A DNA stretch of 64,000 nt, from assembly GCA_964016885.1 (NCBI GenBank), contig OZ024748.1:42594001-42658000 (forward strand), given 5' to 3'. The position numbers were made by a program, and so were the translations under genes. Source of the stretch: Eledone cirrhosa (Eukaryota). Position 1 is the first letter of the stretch, and the number at the start of each line of letters is the position of its first letter. The notes under the pieces were generated by a model. The model searched no databases. It was not told the DNA's origin and saw only the letters and a program-made list of their open reading frames with translations. Shown here in pieces: positions 52,179-62,824 of the stretch.

Positions 52179-52505
52179 AATCGGTCAAGTCAGCAACTGA
52201 CCGAAAATTCTCTTAGGAATTCAGACAGGCATGACAGGCACATTTAGGTCAGCAGCTTCTTTATGTGTACGTGTGTCCTACACACACAGACACACATTTA
52301 TATGTATTTCAATTCAAAAAACTCAATTGATTCACCCACTGGTACTACAATCGGTCAAGACAGCAACTGGCCGAAAATTCCCTTAGGAATTCAGACAGGC
52401 ATGACAGGTACATTTAGGTCAGAAGCTTCTTTATGTGTACGTGTGTCCGATACACACAGACACATATCCATATGCATTTCAACTCAAAAAATTCAGTTGA
52501 TTCGC
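52179..52505. repeat. ~170-bp tandem duplication
   Basis: AATCGGTCAAG..GAAAATTC..TTAGGAATTCAGACAGGCATGACAGG.. at ~52179 and ~52349. Confidence 0.85.
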
Positions 52506-53245
52506 CTATTGATATTATATCTGTGTTGCTCAGATGTGCATGTTGTGGTGTTCTGGTCGTGCATAGCATTCACTGTGTTTTGCCATTACCTTGGAATGTG
52601 ATGTTATGGTCATCAATAGTCCGGCAAGCACATTTTTCTCTTATATTGCGGAGAATGGTGTTCTGGTCTTCAGTAAACATTTGGGTCAGCAGGAGGGGTG
52701 GTGGTTCTCAGTTTCAACTTCGACAATACATATGTGTTACTCTGCATATCGTGCTCCTCTCAAAGAAGAGTATTATAGGAGGAATTCGTGCCACACACCA
52801 CATATAGAGGATTTCTACAGAAAAGTATACATACATATACACATACATACACACATCATACACTCACACATACACACACATACGCATACATACATATATT
52901 CACATACATGTCACATATACACATACACACAATATAATACGCATGCATACAATATACATATATATATATATACAATATACATGCATACAATGCACGCACA
53001 CATGCATGCATGCATGCATGCACACACGTACGCACACACACATACATATGTCTGTGTGTGTGTGTGAGAGAGAGAGAAAGGGAGAATACACACACACACA
53101 TACACACACATACACACACACGCAAAAACACCAACCTTGTAGGGGACTGTACCACCCTTAGGGTACCTATCTATCTGGGTTACGGGTTGGGGGGGTAAGG
53201 GGGAGGGCTATAGTCTAGGTGGGGGTTGCGTGATATATGTTACGT

Positions 53246-55783
53246 CTATGTGCTAGGTTTAAAATAGAAGAAGGAACTCAGGATTTTGTGTTGGCAAGAG
53301 GAGAAAATTTCCGATTTCCTGTTAAGCAGGTTCAGTTTAGAGTGTATTATGGCATGGCATTCCAGTAAATATAGGTCACAACTTCCGCTCTGCGGTCGGT
53401 ATGGCGTGGATCTAGTAAGCTTCCTCCAAAAAAGTTTGTATGGGGTACTATTATTTTTTAAAAAGGAGATGTATACCGCCAGTGAGGTGGCATTCTTATG
53501 TCTATCATGTCTAAATGTGTATATATGCGCGTTAAATCTTGTTTTAAATGTATTGGACGTTGCTCCTATATATGTTTCGGTAGAGTTGTGTGTGGTTACG
53601 TCACATGCATATACGATGTTTTTCATGAGGCAATCCCCCCTTAGGGGACAATTACTACTCCGCCTACAATTGCAACTGCGGGTTCGATTAGTTAGCGTAC
53701 CTCCCGAAGTTTGGTTACTAGCATTATCACTAGGTGCCTCTATATCATTAGATGTCTCATTGATGCTATTATGTTGCCCATTTTCCAGTGTAGTCGGTTG
53801 CTAGTGGTTAACTGCCATTTTAATTGCTTCGAAACCTTCCCTAGTTTGCCTAATGTTCGTGCGTGCTAGGTGTGATGCGAGGTTAGGTGTGGTCGAATAG
53901 GATAATTTAATTACGTTTTTGTTAATTATGTTGCGATATCTATTGCCTGGTGGGAAGTTTTTTTCCAATAATGAGAAGAATACTCTGGGGAGGTTAGTGA
54001 GGACCTCAGAGTTAAAAGGTGGGTTAAAATACATGTTTTTCCTTCTATTTTTCTTATCTGTGGGGTGAGTCTCGCTACTGTGCGTACTATTTTGTAGGGT
54101 TCCGTTATTAACGTTAGTGGCGTTGTCTGTTTTGCTTAAGCCCGGATGGTTTATATTCATGGCGTGATCATTTACTGTTTTAGAGTTGTGGTGAGGGACT
54201 CTAGTATTGTCTTTACGTGGTTTACATTTAGCTGGGTTACCGCCATTAGGGTTCTTACTATTATTCTTGCCTCTAAGTTGGTTAGGCTTTGTGGCCATAC
54301 TATGTGTGATTATGTTGGTAGGTTTCACACTCATGGTTTGGGAGTCCTTATGTATATATGATAATCTACTCCCGTAACCAGATTCTGCTAGGGCCTTGTC
54401 ATAATACTCTGCATTGGAGTTGAAGATACTCTCATTACAGGACAGTCTGCTAATTCTATTAGAGACCCCCTTGGGAATAGCGTTTAGGACTGATTTGGGG
54501 TGGTTAGAGCTGGCGTTTACATATGTTAGTCTATCGTTAGGTTTATGGTAGGGTGCAAATGTTTTACTTTCTAGGTTAAGGGTGGCGTCTAGGAAGTTTA
54601 CTTTTTTATCATTTGCATCTATGGTAATACTTAGATTAAAGTTTTTAAAGAACCTACGTAACTGTTTCCTAGTTCTTTCTATATTGCACTTTTTATACTC
54701 GAGAGTGAGGAGGGCGTCTTCACGGTATAAGCCGCCCTTCAAGTGCGGTAATGTCTCATGTAACTCCTTTAAGAGGTACAATCCTACCAGGTCCGTTACT
54801 TGTGCAGAGTCACTAGATCCCATTGTGATGTCGAAGTTATTGGGCGTATTCTTGCGGGTCCACAATTCATCCTAAAATGTGATTGTCGTTTTCCGGGCCG
54901 CAAGAATGACATCAATTTGAGACCTAGTGAGGTCACTTTTCTGCATGGCCATGATTAGGGCCTTATTAAGGAGTATGGGGGAGATTGAGGTGTAGTACGC
55001 ATCGATGTCGAATTGTATAAATTTAAGGGATTTATGGTTGCTAAGGCTTGAGAACCATTTCAAAACCTCTTCCGTATTCTCCCATAGCTCTAGATATATT
55101 TTCCTCCTGATGGTGGGTATAACGCCGTCTAAAATTTTCTTACTGATAATTCCTATATCTGACTTCGATGGGCTAATTAATCTAACAGAGGGTTTACTAA
55201 TGAAGTCAGCCTTATGGTCTTTAAGGGTGAACCTGGGTTGCCTAGGGGTATATGGTTGGGTATACTTTTCCAGACCTAGTTTATCCACTATGGCGCATGC
55301 TTCCTTATTAATTTCATCTAAGTTTGCGCTTGTTGTCTTTTTATAGTTTCTATTTAATTCATTGTATATAAACCTACGATACGTATCATAATTTATGCTA
55401 TAAATATTTCTGGTTTTATCCGAGGTGACCAGGATATCTCTTTTATCGTTAAAGTCCTTAACTAAGGTTTCCAGTTTCATCCGGAATTTGTTGCTATTCC
55501 CATGGGGGTTTTTAAACTTAATATTCCTTACTAGTGATAGGAGGTCATTCTCAAATCCATCTAGCATGGAGTTATGGGGCGGGCTCCTATAGGTTTTAAA
55601 ACCGAATTTGTTATTGGGGGACACCGTGGTTGATTTCTTATTTCTCTTATCGAAGTGGAAAGTGCGCCATCTAATACGCTTAACGAAGGAATTGACACTA
55701 GCTATCAGTAATTTCTCATAAGTAGTCCTGGATGGGGTTGGGATGTTCTTGAGTGATATAGGTAGGTAGTCTTTAGTTAGCAT
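53246..55783 (-). pseudogene. Penelope-like RT plus GIY-YIG endonuclease ORF with two in-frame TAG stops
   Basis: The three ORF-track pieces are in one frame. Motifs SLKNIP, SDKT, TLKDHK, FDIDAYY, FDITMGS, GLYREDAL, VNFLD, FNPPFN, CNC..CPL.G.CL, NIVY..TYIG..FKTRF..H, LLNRKSE; stops at 54872-54874 and 53801-53803. Confidence 0.9.
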
Positions 55784-56444
55784 GCTGCCAATCAATTATA
55801 ATCATACACACAAGGTGGACAGGTTATAAGGATTTAGCTCAACCGGGGGGAGCCGTAGAAATACTTAGGTTAATAGGAGTTAGGTATTGTATACCCGTGT
55901 CCCATTAAGGTATTGGCAGCATAATAATTAGCTCTATGCTTTGGAGCAGAGCCGTATATATGATAAAGAACACAAGAGCGTCTACAACATCAAAAGATTT
56001 TTATTGGCTTACAATGTTTCTTCCTTCCTTTTATTTCCACTTTTATCCTCCTTTATATTTTACCTTATTCTTACTTTTATACCTTATTATAGTGTAATCT
56101 TCCCCATGCCTTATTATACATTATTAATTATAGATTATTATTATTACTCTTTTTCCATTTCTAATTACCTCATGTACTTTCTCCTCCGTTATATATATAT
56201 ATATTGTATGCCCTTTGTGTTTGTGTAGCCTCTGCACACCCTCTGCACCATACTATCGACGCCACCCCATCTATGGTTCAGCTAACCACTCGACTCCCGG
56301 GAATGAATATGACCGCAGCTAGTAAACAAGGACCCACTCCCCACCCTCCCGCACCAAAATTAGACTTATCGTCCCCTACTTTTGCTCTTTACTCTTTGTT
56401 CTTGAATGTTTGGTTGGTAGAGTCCATAACACCAATCAAACCCC

Positions 56445-56504
56445 TTTTATAGCTCTGACGAATCCTACGGTTACGTAAGGAAGAAACATTGTAAGCCAAT
56501 AAAA
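56445..56504 (+). ncRNA. Type I hammerhead ribozyme in the inverted pseudo-LTR
   Basis: CTGACGA at 56455-56461, stem II TCCTACG/CGTAAGGA, GAAAC-ATT-GTA, stem I GCT/AGC extended by TTTTAT/ATAAAA. Confidence 0.75.
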
Positions 56505-56538
56505 ATCTTTTGATGTTGTAGACGCTCTTGTGTTCTTT

Positions 56539-56582
<44 letters not shown>

Positions 56583-56901
56583 GACAGGGTTGAAGAAAAA
56601 ATGGCTTCACTTGTGCTTTCAACAAATTTATTTTCTTCCGGATTAGAAACATTTTTTTTTTTTTTTTTCTTAAAAAAATTATTTTATAAATTAAGTCGTT
56701 GGTTGTTGGTTAGGTCTTAGGAGTTCTTGGTTAACGTAGGAGGTATTGTTTCGTTTTTAGAACGACCTTTCACGCTGAGGTGCGCTTGTCAAACTGATGT
56801 GTATGTGGTGTGTTGTTCTATATATAGGGATTTGACATGTCTGTGGTGTGGTGGGGGGTTTTTTCTCCCCCTTTTTAATAAGTGTATGGGTGTAGGTGTG
56901 T

Positions 56902-57030
<129 letters not shown>

Positions 57031-57293
57031 ATTTCTTTTATTTGCCACTAGGGCATCAAAAGTGGGACAAGTACAAAGGGGGGAGTTTACACAAAAAGGC
57101 GTCCTCAATAAGGAGGAGGCAATAACAAAATATAAAAATAAAATAAGATATAACAAAAAATAACATTTTTAACAAAATCCTCAATAGAGAGGAGGCGCCT
57201 TGGGGGGTCGCACACACCCCCGAAAAAAGTGTGCAACCCTTCTCCTCAGGAGCACAGAGAAGGGGTGCTCCCTTGGTCTTTCATCTTCCTCAC

Positions 57294-60200
57294 CTATAGT
57301 CTGATGTAGAGTGAAGGCCCATTCACACGGGCCATTCTCGCCACTTTCACCCATCTTTCATAGAAACGGCTGGGGTGCAGCACCTCTCTCTCCATCCTGA
57401 TCCTTCTTCCGAAATGATATCGGAAGAAACGGACCAGTTGTTGGCCAGAGAGAAAGGTGCCCGACCTCAGTCCTTTCAGACGCGTCCACCATACAACCTC
57501 TTTCGCCATGGCTATTACGCACAGAAACACCGCCTCTGCTTCATCTTTGAAGGGGGGAGGCGGCTTGATCATTACAATAGACTCGGTGGTCAACCGGATC
57601 GGTCCCACCCTTGACAGCAGTTGTTCGACATAGCCCCACAGATCGGCTACGCCCGAGCAGTGTACTAATGCGTGTGCAACGGTTTCCTCGTCGCACACGC
57701 ATCTGGGACAGATCTTTTTGGCGGGGTCCCTACCCGGGCGCCCGTGTCTGTAGAGCCTTTCTCGAACGGGTAAAGCCCCTCGGTAGCACTGCCAGGCCAG
57801 GGACTTCTGGAAGTTGTCCATAGGTCCCGGGCTGAATGTCCTACCGAAAAGGCTGGCCAGTTCGTCCTCCTCCATGTCTAGGGCTTCTCCGAGGGCGTCG
57901 TCGCACCTGCTGCGTACCAGCCCTCTATAGAATGTTGCGGTGGAGTCTCCACTGATAACCGGATCCGCCTGCCAGAGGGCGGTGAGCGCCTGGGCACACT
58001 CAGTGTGCCAGGCGCCCAGTTTTCTCGGTCTTTGCTTGACCCAGGATTGCAGCTCGGTGAGTGAGACGAGTCTGGGAAAGGTTCGTCTCACAAACGAGGC
58101 CCACACCGGTTGTCCGGTGAGGAATACGTAGAGGTGCCGTAGCCTTAATGCGTGTTTACGCATCATTAGCCACGGCATCCCCAGCCCTCCTTTCGAAGGG
58201 TGTTGACAGCAGATGGATCTCCTCACCATAGGAGCCCGCCTCTTCCAAAGGAATTGGAAGAGCGCGCGCTCCATCTTGGTGAGGGTTTCCCTTGGGCAGG
58301 GCACTACGGTCAGGCGGTAGTAGATGACGGACGCTATGTAGGTGTTCGCCACCTCCGCCCGACCTTTCAGGGATAGTTTGCAACTGGCCCACTTCTGGGT
58401 CAGTGCAAACACTCTGTTCGTAACCTCCGCCCAGTTTTTCTCCACCTGGAGGTCCGGTCCGAACCAGACCCCGAGCAACTTCACCGGGCCCTCCGTCCAG
58501 CGTCCGACGACGCTATCGGAGGGCATCGGTCTGCCCCTCCACGTGCCGAGTTGCAAACCGATCGACTTGTCCCGGTTCAGCTTAGCCCCTGTGAACTTTT
58601 CGTACTCCTCCAGTAAGGTGCCGACCGCCTCGATTTCGGAGGCCGTCGACACCATTACTGTCACGTCATCGGCGTAGGCCGACACCGCTTTCCGCAATCC
58701 CGGTTCCAAAGGGATGCCCTGCAACAACTCCAACTTCCGCAGTAGTGGCTCGAGAGTCAATACATACAGAAGGGAGGAGAGAGGGCACCCTTGTCGGATG
58801 GACCGCGCGATTTTGAACGGCTCCGAGAGGTAGCCGTTCACCTTGACCCTAGAGCAGATGCGGCTGCTGTGCATAGCAGTGATCCAGCCCCTGAAAACGG
58901 CTCCGAAGCCTGCCGCCGCTAGCACCGCATCCAGGTAACCATGGTCGACCCTATCGAACGCCTTAGATTGATCCAAGTTGATCAGAGCCCCACCAAAGCC
59001 GGGTTCGTTCCCAACCCTCTCTATGATGTATCGCATGAGGTGGAGGTTGTCATGGATGGACCTGGACGGGATAGCGCATGTCTGCGCATCTCCCACCAGG
59101 TTGCCCACGACAAGCGCCAACCTCTTTGCTAGCACCTTGGCCAAAATCTGTAACTCTGTATTTAGCAGTGTTATGGGCCTGAAGTTACTTATTTCGTCCC
59201 CCTTGTTCTCGTCCTTCCTCACTAGCGTGACTACGCCCTTGGTCACAGTACAGGGAATTCTCCCGTTCTGTTGCCAGTTGCAGTAGACCGCCTCGAGGAG
59301 ATCGGGGAACAAGTCCGGCATAGCTAGATATAATTCGTAAGGAAGACCATCGAGACCCGGGGATTTGCGTTTGCCGCATTGGCTCAGCACGTCCTCTATC
59401 TCAGCGGCCGAAATCGGCTCCTCGCAGGACTTCGCCTCCCTGTCCGAGAGGCGCGGCAGGCCGTCGAGGTATGGACCGAAGTCCACGTTCCCAACCGGCT
59501 CCCCGCCCCTCCCGAACAGTCGGGCAAAGTGCCTTTGAAAGGCCTCACACATCTGCTTAGGCTCAAGAATCGCCCGTCCATCCAGGTCTCGCAAAGACCG
59601 GATGGTGGATTTAGTTCCACTGTTGGCCTCTGTCACGCGGGCCCAGCTAACAGCTTTGGTCCCCTCGTTCCCTAGAGCACGTATTTTACTTCGGACAACG
59701 CAGCCTTCGTGCTTCGCGTCGAAAAACTGGCTCAAAGCCGTTCTCGACGCTAGCACTCTGGCCACGTCGCCGCTTCTAATTGCCTCTTCTACTCTATCTA
59801 TTAGCTCCCTTTCCTTCCTATTCCTATCCGCAGCTAGAACCTTACTAAATTCTATCGAGACTACTCTAATCTCTCTCTTTAGAGATACCCACCACCTGCT
59901 GTTGACGATCGCTCCAGTCAACCGTTCCTTAACTAACGTACTAATCCGATTCCTGTAGGCTCTACTTGCCGGCAAGGACAAGTTGAGCTTCCAGTAACCG
60001 GGGCCCTGTCTATGAGTTCTGTCAAGGTTGACCATGCAGGTCACTAATTTGTGGTCTGAATAGCCAACAATGCGCATTTTTGGACAACTTAAAAAGTCCT
60101 TATCCTTAATTCTAACTAAGAACCTATCTAGGTACGACCTAGATGATCCGCTACGATTTGCCCAAGTCCAGGTTGGCGCAGTCGGAAAATCTAGTCGATA

Positions 60201-60731
60201 TCTATCGGCCAGGTCAAATCGACCGATTAACCCTTTGAGGCTATTACACCCCTCTCTATCGGGGCAGGCCCCTACGTAGTCCCAGCGTGCATCTAGGATA
60301 CCATTCCAGTCCCCCACCAATAGCAAGGAGCGGGACGTCCCTAGAAAAGTCTCCAGACGATGGAAGAAGTCCGGCCGCATTGACCCGAAAGGGCCGTAGG
60401 CGGCTACCAACCTAAACGCTCCGCCTTTACCACTGCCAAGGTCCAGAACCACTAGTCGACCCTCCGGGTCCAAATGTACCATCTGTGTTGCGAGACCCAG
60501 ATGTTTTTGCAGCAGAACGACAACTCCACCCCCACCTCCAGGCTGACAGAGAGATGCGTGCATCTCAAAGTCATCAAAGGTGGGGGCCAGCTGTCGCACG
60601 CTGCTGATCCGGGCCTCGCAAATAACCATCACATCTATACGTTGTGACCTGAGGTCATTTAGAAGCATTGCTTGCTTCCAAGTTGAGCCCAGGCCACGCG
60701 CATTTAAACAGCCTACTCTTAGCATAGCCAT
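57294..60731 (-). CDS. Tx1 ORF2: APE endonuclease, RT and C-terminal Cys/His region
   Basis: LNARGL, GDWN, SYLDRF, SDH, YWKLN, KSPGLDGLP, FRPITLLN, KAFDRV, RQGCPLS, YADD, CPRC..ETVAHALVHC; first ATG at 60731. Confidence 0.95.
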   Translation of the reverse strand: MAMLRVGCLNARGLGSTWKQAMLLNDLRSQRIDVMVICEARISSVRQLAPTFDDFEMHASLCQPGGGGGVVVLLQKHLGLATQMVHLDPEGRLVVLDLGSGKGGAFRLVAAYGPFGSMRPDFFHRLETFLGTSRSLLLVGDWNGILDARWDYVGACPDREGCNSLKGLIGRFDLADRYRLDFPTAPTWTWANRSGSSRSYLDRFLVRIKDKDFLSCPKMRIVGYSDHKLVTCMVNLDRTHRQGPGYWKLNLSLPASRAYRNRISTLVKERLTGAIVNSRWWVSLKREIRVVSIEFSKVLAADRNRKERELIDRVEEAIRSGDVARVLASRTALSQFFDAKHEGCVVRSKIRALGNEGTKAVSWARVTEANSGTKSTIRSLRDLDGRAILEPKQMCEAFQRHFARLFGRGGEPVGNVDFGPYLDGLPRLSDREAKSCEEPISAAEIEDVLSQCGKRKSPGLDGLPYELYLAMPDLFPDLLEAVYCNWQQNGRIPCTVTKGVVTLVRKDENKGDEISNFRPITLLNTELQILAKVLAKRLALVVGNLVGDAQTCAIPSRSIHDNLHLMRYIIERVGNEPGFGGALINLDQSKAFDRVDHGYLDAVLAAAGFGAVFRGWITAMHSSRICSRVKVNGYLSEPFKIARSIRQGCPLSSLLYVLTLEPLLRKLELLQGIPLEPGLRKAVSAYADDVTVMVSTASEIEAVGTLLEEYEKFTGAKLNRDKSIGLQLGTWRGRPMPSDSVVGRWTEGPVKLLGVWFGPDLQVEKNWAEVTNRVFALTQKWASCKLSLKGRAEVANTYIASVIYYRLTVVPCPRETLTKMERALFQFLWKRRAPMVRRSICCQHPSKGGLGMPWLMMRKHALRLRHLYVFLTGQPVWASFVRRTFPRLVSLTELQSWVKQRPRKLGAWHTECAQALTALWQADPVISGDSTATFYRGLVRSRCDDALGEALDMEEDELASLFGRTFSPGPMDNFQKSLAWQCYRGALPVRERLYRHGRPGRDPAKKICPRCVCDEETVAHALVHCSGVADLWGYVEQLLSRVGPIRLTTESIVMIKPPPPFKDEAEAVFLCVIAMAKEVVWWTRLKGLRSGTFLSGQQLVRFFRYHFGRRIRMEREVLHPSRFYERWVKVARMARVNGPSLYIRL

Positions 60732-60755
60732 GTTGGTGGTGAAGAGAAAAGGCAC

Positions 60756-62537
60756 TTACCTCTCTGCGTCCCGGGTATCGGGCTGCACAATTTCCATTAG
60801 GGTGGGGGATGGGTTGTTGGGTGGGGTGGTGGTTTGTGGAAGTGTGGGGGCATCAGTGTGTTGTGTGGTTGGGGAGCTTGGAGTTGTGAGGGTGTTTGGG
60901 GAGGGGGTGGGATAGTTTTTTAGGAGGACTCGGTTAATGGGCCCGACGCAGGGGGGACCCACGTCCTCTTTAAAATTGTTTTTTAAAGTTTTATAGGTGT
61001 CCTGTGGGGCCTTAATCATTTTGAGGTGGGGGAAATCCCCTGCCTGGGTGAAGTTAGGCCCTTGTGTTTTTATTAGATTGTTGTTGTACACAATGTTTAA
61101 CAGTTTTTTGTTTCTTGTATTTATGTATGTGTATGCATGTTTTTGTTTTTGTGTGGTGTTTTTTGTTTGCTGTTGTGAGCTCTTTTGTGTTGGTGTCAGT
61201 GTTATGTTTTGGGGAGGGGTTTTTTTCATTTGTGTGTCTGAGGTGTGTTTTCTTTTTTTTCTTTTGATTGTGTGGAAGTGCTCCTCCTCGTCTGACGACG
61301 AACTAGGGTCATCTTCCGCGTTGGAGGGGAGGGGTATATTTTCGGGTTGTGTTTGCGGTACGGGTGTTTTGGAAATTGTTTTTGTTTTTTGAGTGGAGGG
61401 GATGGGTTGGACATTGTTTTGTTTTGGTTTGAGCTGTGGTGGTTGTTTTTGTAGTGGTTGTTGTGGTGATTGTGTTGGTTGTGCAGTTGTTGGTGGTGTA
61501 GGCAGGATTGGGGTTTTCTTATTAAGTTGGGGACAGACAGCCCTCAGGTGACCTCTGGTTCCGCAGAGGTAACACGAGGGCCGTCTACCCTCAACGGTAA
61601 TGTTGATGAAGGTTAGATCATCCAGTATGACGCGTTCAGGGATCTGGGCGATCCTTTCGGGCCTCATTTGAACTACAAGTTCGAGGCTCGTTCCACTGAA
61701 CGCGTCACCCGATGCCTTTCCCATGGACACCAGCATGTCATCCTCCAGGTCCAGAAAACCTGTCAAAACCCACCATATGTCCATAATCGGCAGGATGGTG
61801 TGGATTTTTATTTTTTGTGTTCTTCTACCCATGTACGTAGGGTAGAAGGTGTATGCGGTGGATGTGATTGGTTTGATGGACAGTTTCACTGCTGTGTCCC
61901 TGTCCTTCATGAGAATGGATAGACTCCCGTAGAGTCTATCCTTCTGAATGAAGGTGATGTCCTTCATGACGTCTTTTAAAACCAGCTCTATCTCGCTCTG
62001 TGATGGTTGAGCTGGTTTTTTACTTTTGTTCGAGATTGTCCTAAACATGACCGTGTTTAGGAGTCTCTGGCTTTTTAGTTCCGGGGGGGAATGGATTGTG
62101 AATGAACCATTTTCCCCGTACACTATATATTTTTTCGCATCCGCCAGTAGCTCCTTCGCTTTTGTTATATCTACTGGCAGATAGTCGAGGGTTTTCCTTG
62201 TCGTCTCGGCGAAGGAGAAATTTTGTTTGTTTGTGTTGTTGTTGTCGTTGGTGGTGTTGTTGTTATCATTGTTGTTGTTGTCACCGTTATTGGTCTTGTT
62301 GTTGTTATTGTTATTGTTATTGGTGTTGTTTTCTACCGTCGCATTGTTGTTGTTGTTGCTGTTGGTTCTTTGGGTTGTTGCCATGGTAACGTCAAGTTGT
62401 CGGTTAACAGGTGGAGAGAATTCTTCCTCTGGCTGACCTATCTTCTTGACCTCTGCTACTGTGACAGTGGCAGGGGGAAGCTGTAAGTTCATCTTCCCCT
62501 TTCCTCCTTCGAATTTTTGTGAAGAAGCTTCGGCCAT
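60756..62537 (-). CDS. Tx1 ORF1: gag-like protein with CCHC zinc knuckle
   Basis: VEGRRPSCYLCGTRGHLRAVCP; Asn-rich N-terminus, Pro/Gln/Thr-rich C-terminus; lies directly upstream of ORF2. Confidence 0.9.
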   Translation of the reverse strand: MAEASSQKFEGGKGKMNLQLPPATVTVAEVKKIGQPEEEFSPPVNRQLDVTMATTQRTNSNNNNNATVENNTNNNNNNNNKTNNGDNNNNDNNNTTNDNNNTNKQNFSFAETTRKTLDYLPVDITKAKELLADAKKYIVYGENGSFTIHSPPELKSQRLLNTVMFRTISNKSKKPAQPSQSEIELVLKDVMKDITFIQKDRLYGSLSILMKDRDTAVKLSIKPITSTAYTFYPTYMGRRTQKIKIHTILPIMDIWWVLTGFLDLEDDMLVSMGKASGDAFSGTSLELVVQMRPERIAQIPERVILDDLTFINITVEGRRPSCYLCGTRGHLRAVCPQLNKKTPILPTPPTTAQPTQSPQQPLQKQPPQLKPKQNNVQPIPSTQKTKTISKTPVPQTQPENIPLPSNAEDDPSSSSDEEEHFHTIKRKKRKHTSDTQMKKTPPQNITLTPTQKSSQQQTKNTTQKQKHAYTYINTRNKKLLNIVYNNNLIKTQGPNFTQAGDFPHLKMIKAPQDTYKTLKNNFKEDVGPPCVGPINRVLLKNYPTPSPNTLTTPSSPTTQHTDAPTLPQTTTPPNNPSPTLMEIVQPDTRDAER

Positions 62538-62750
62538 TTAAAAAAATATTGACTTTTCAACAAGAAAAAACTTTTTTTTTAACTATTTCGCCTAAAGGCG
62601 TAGAATATTTTGAGAGACTGACCAGATCAAAGTTTGACCTGGCAGTCCCTCTACAAAATGGTACAAAATTTAAAGTTATCAGACAAGAATTTCTATAGAA
62701 ATTTAAACAGAACTTACTCAGCAAGTTATACGCGTGTGTCCATCCCAGAT

Positions 62751-62794
<44 letters not shown>

Positions 62795-62824
62795 TAGATC
62801 TAGATATAGATATAGATATAGATA

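Larger units (their letters stand above)
50782..56545 (-). mobile_element. Penelope-like element (Naiad-like) with direct and inverted pseudo-LTRs
   Basis: RT plus GIY-YIG frame at 53246-55783; 50782-50948 repeated directly at 55861-56026; ~50878-51410 repeated inverted at ~56028-56545; hammerhead motifs in the repeats; both ends abut (TA)n. Confidence 0.88.

Noticed and set aside
53801-54874. Selenocysteine recoding in the PLE
   Set aside because: The stops are TAG, not TGA, and are not at evident Cys positions.
62222-62365. Poly-Asn tract in Tx1 ORF1 as a distinct domain
   Set aside because: An in-frame (AAC/AAT)n expansion in a low-complexity region; nothing indicates a specific function.
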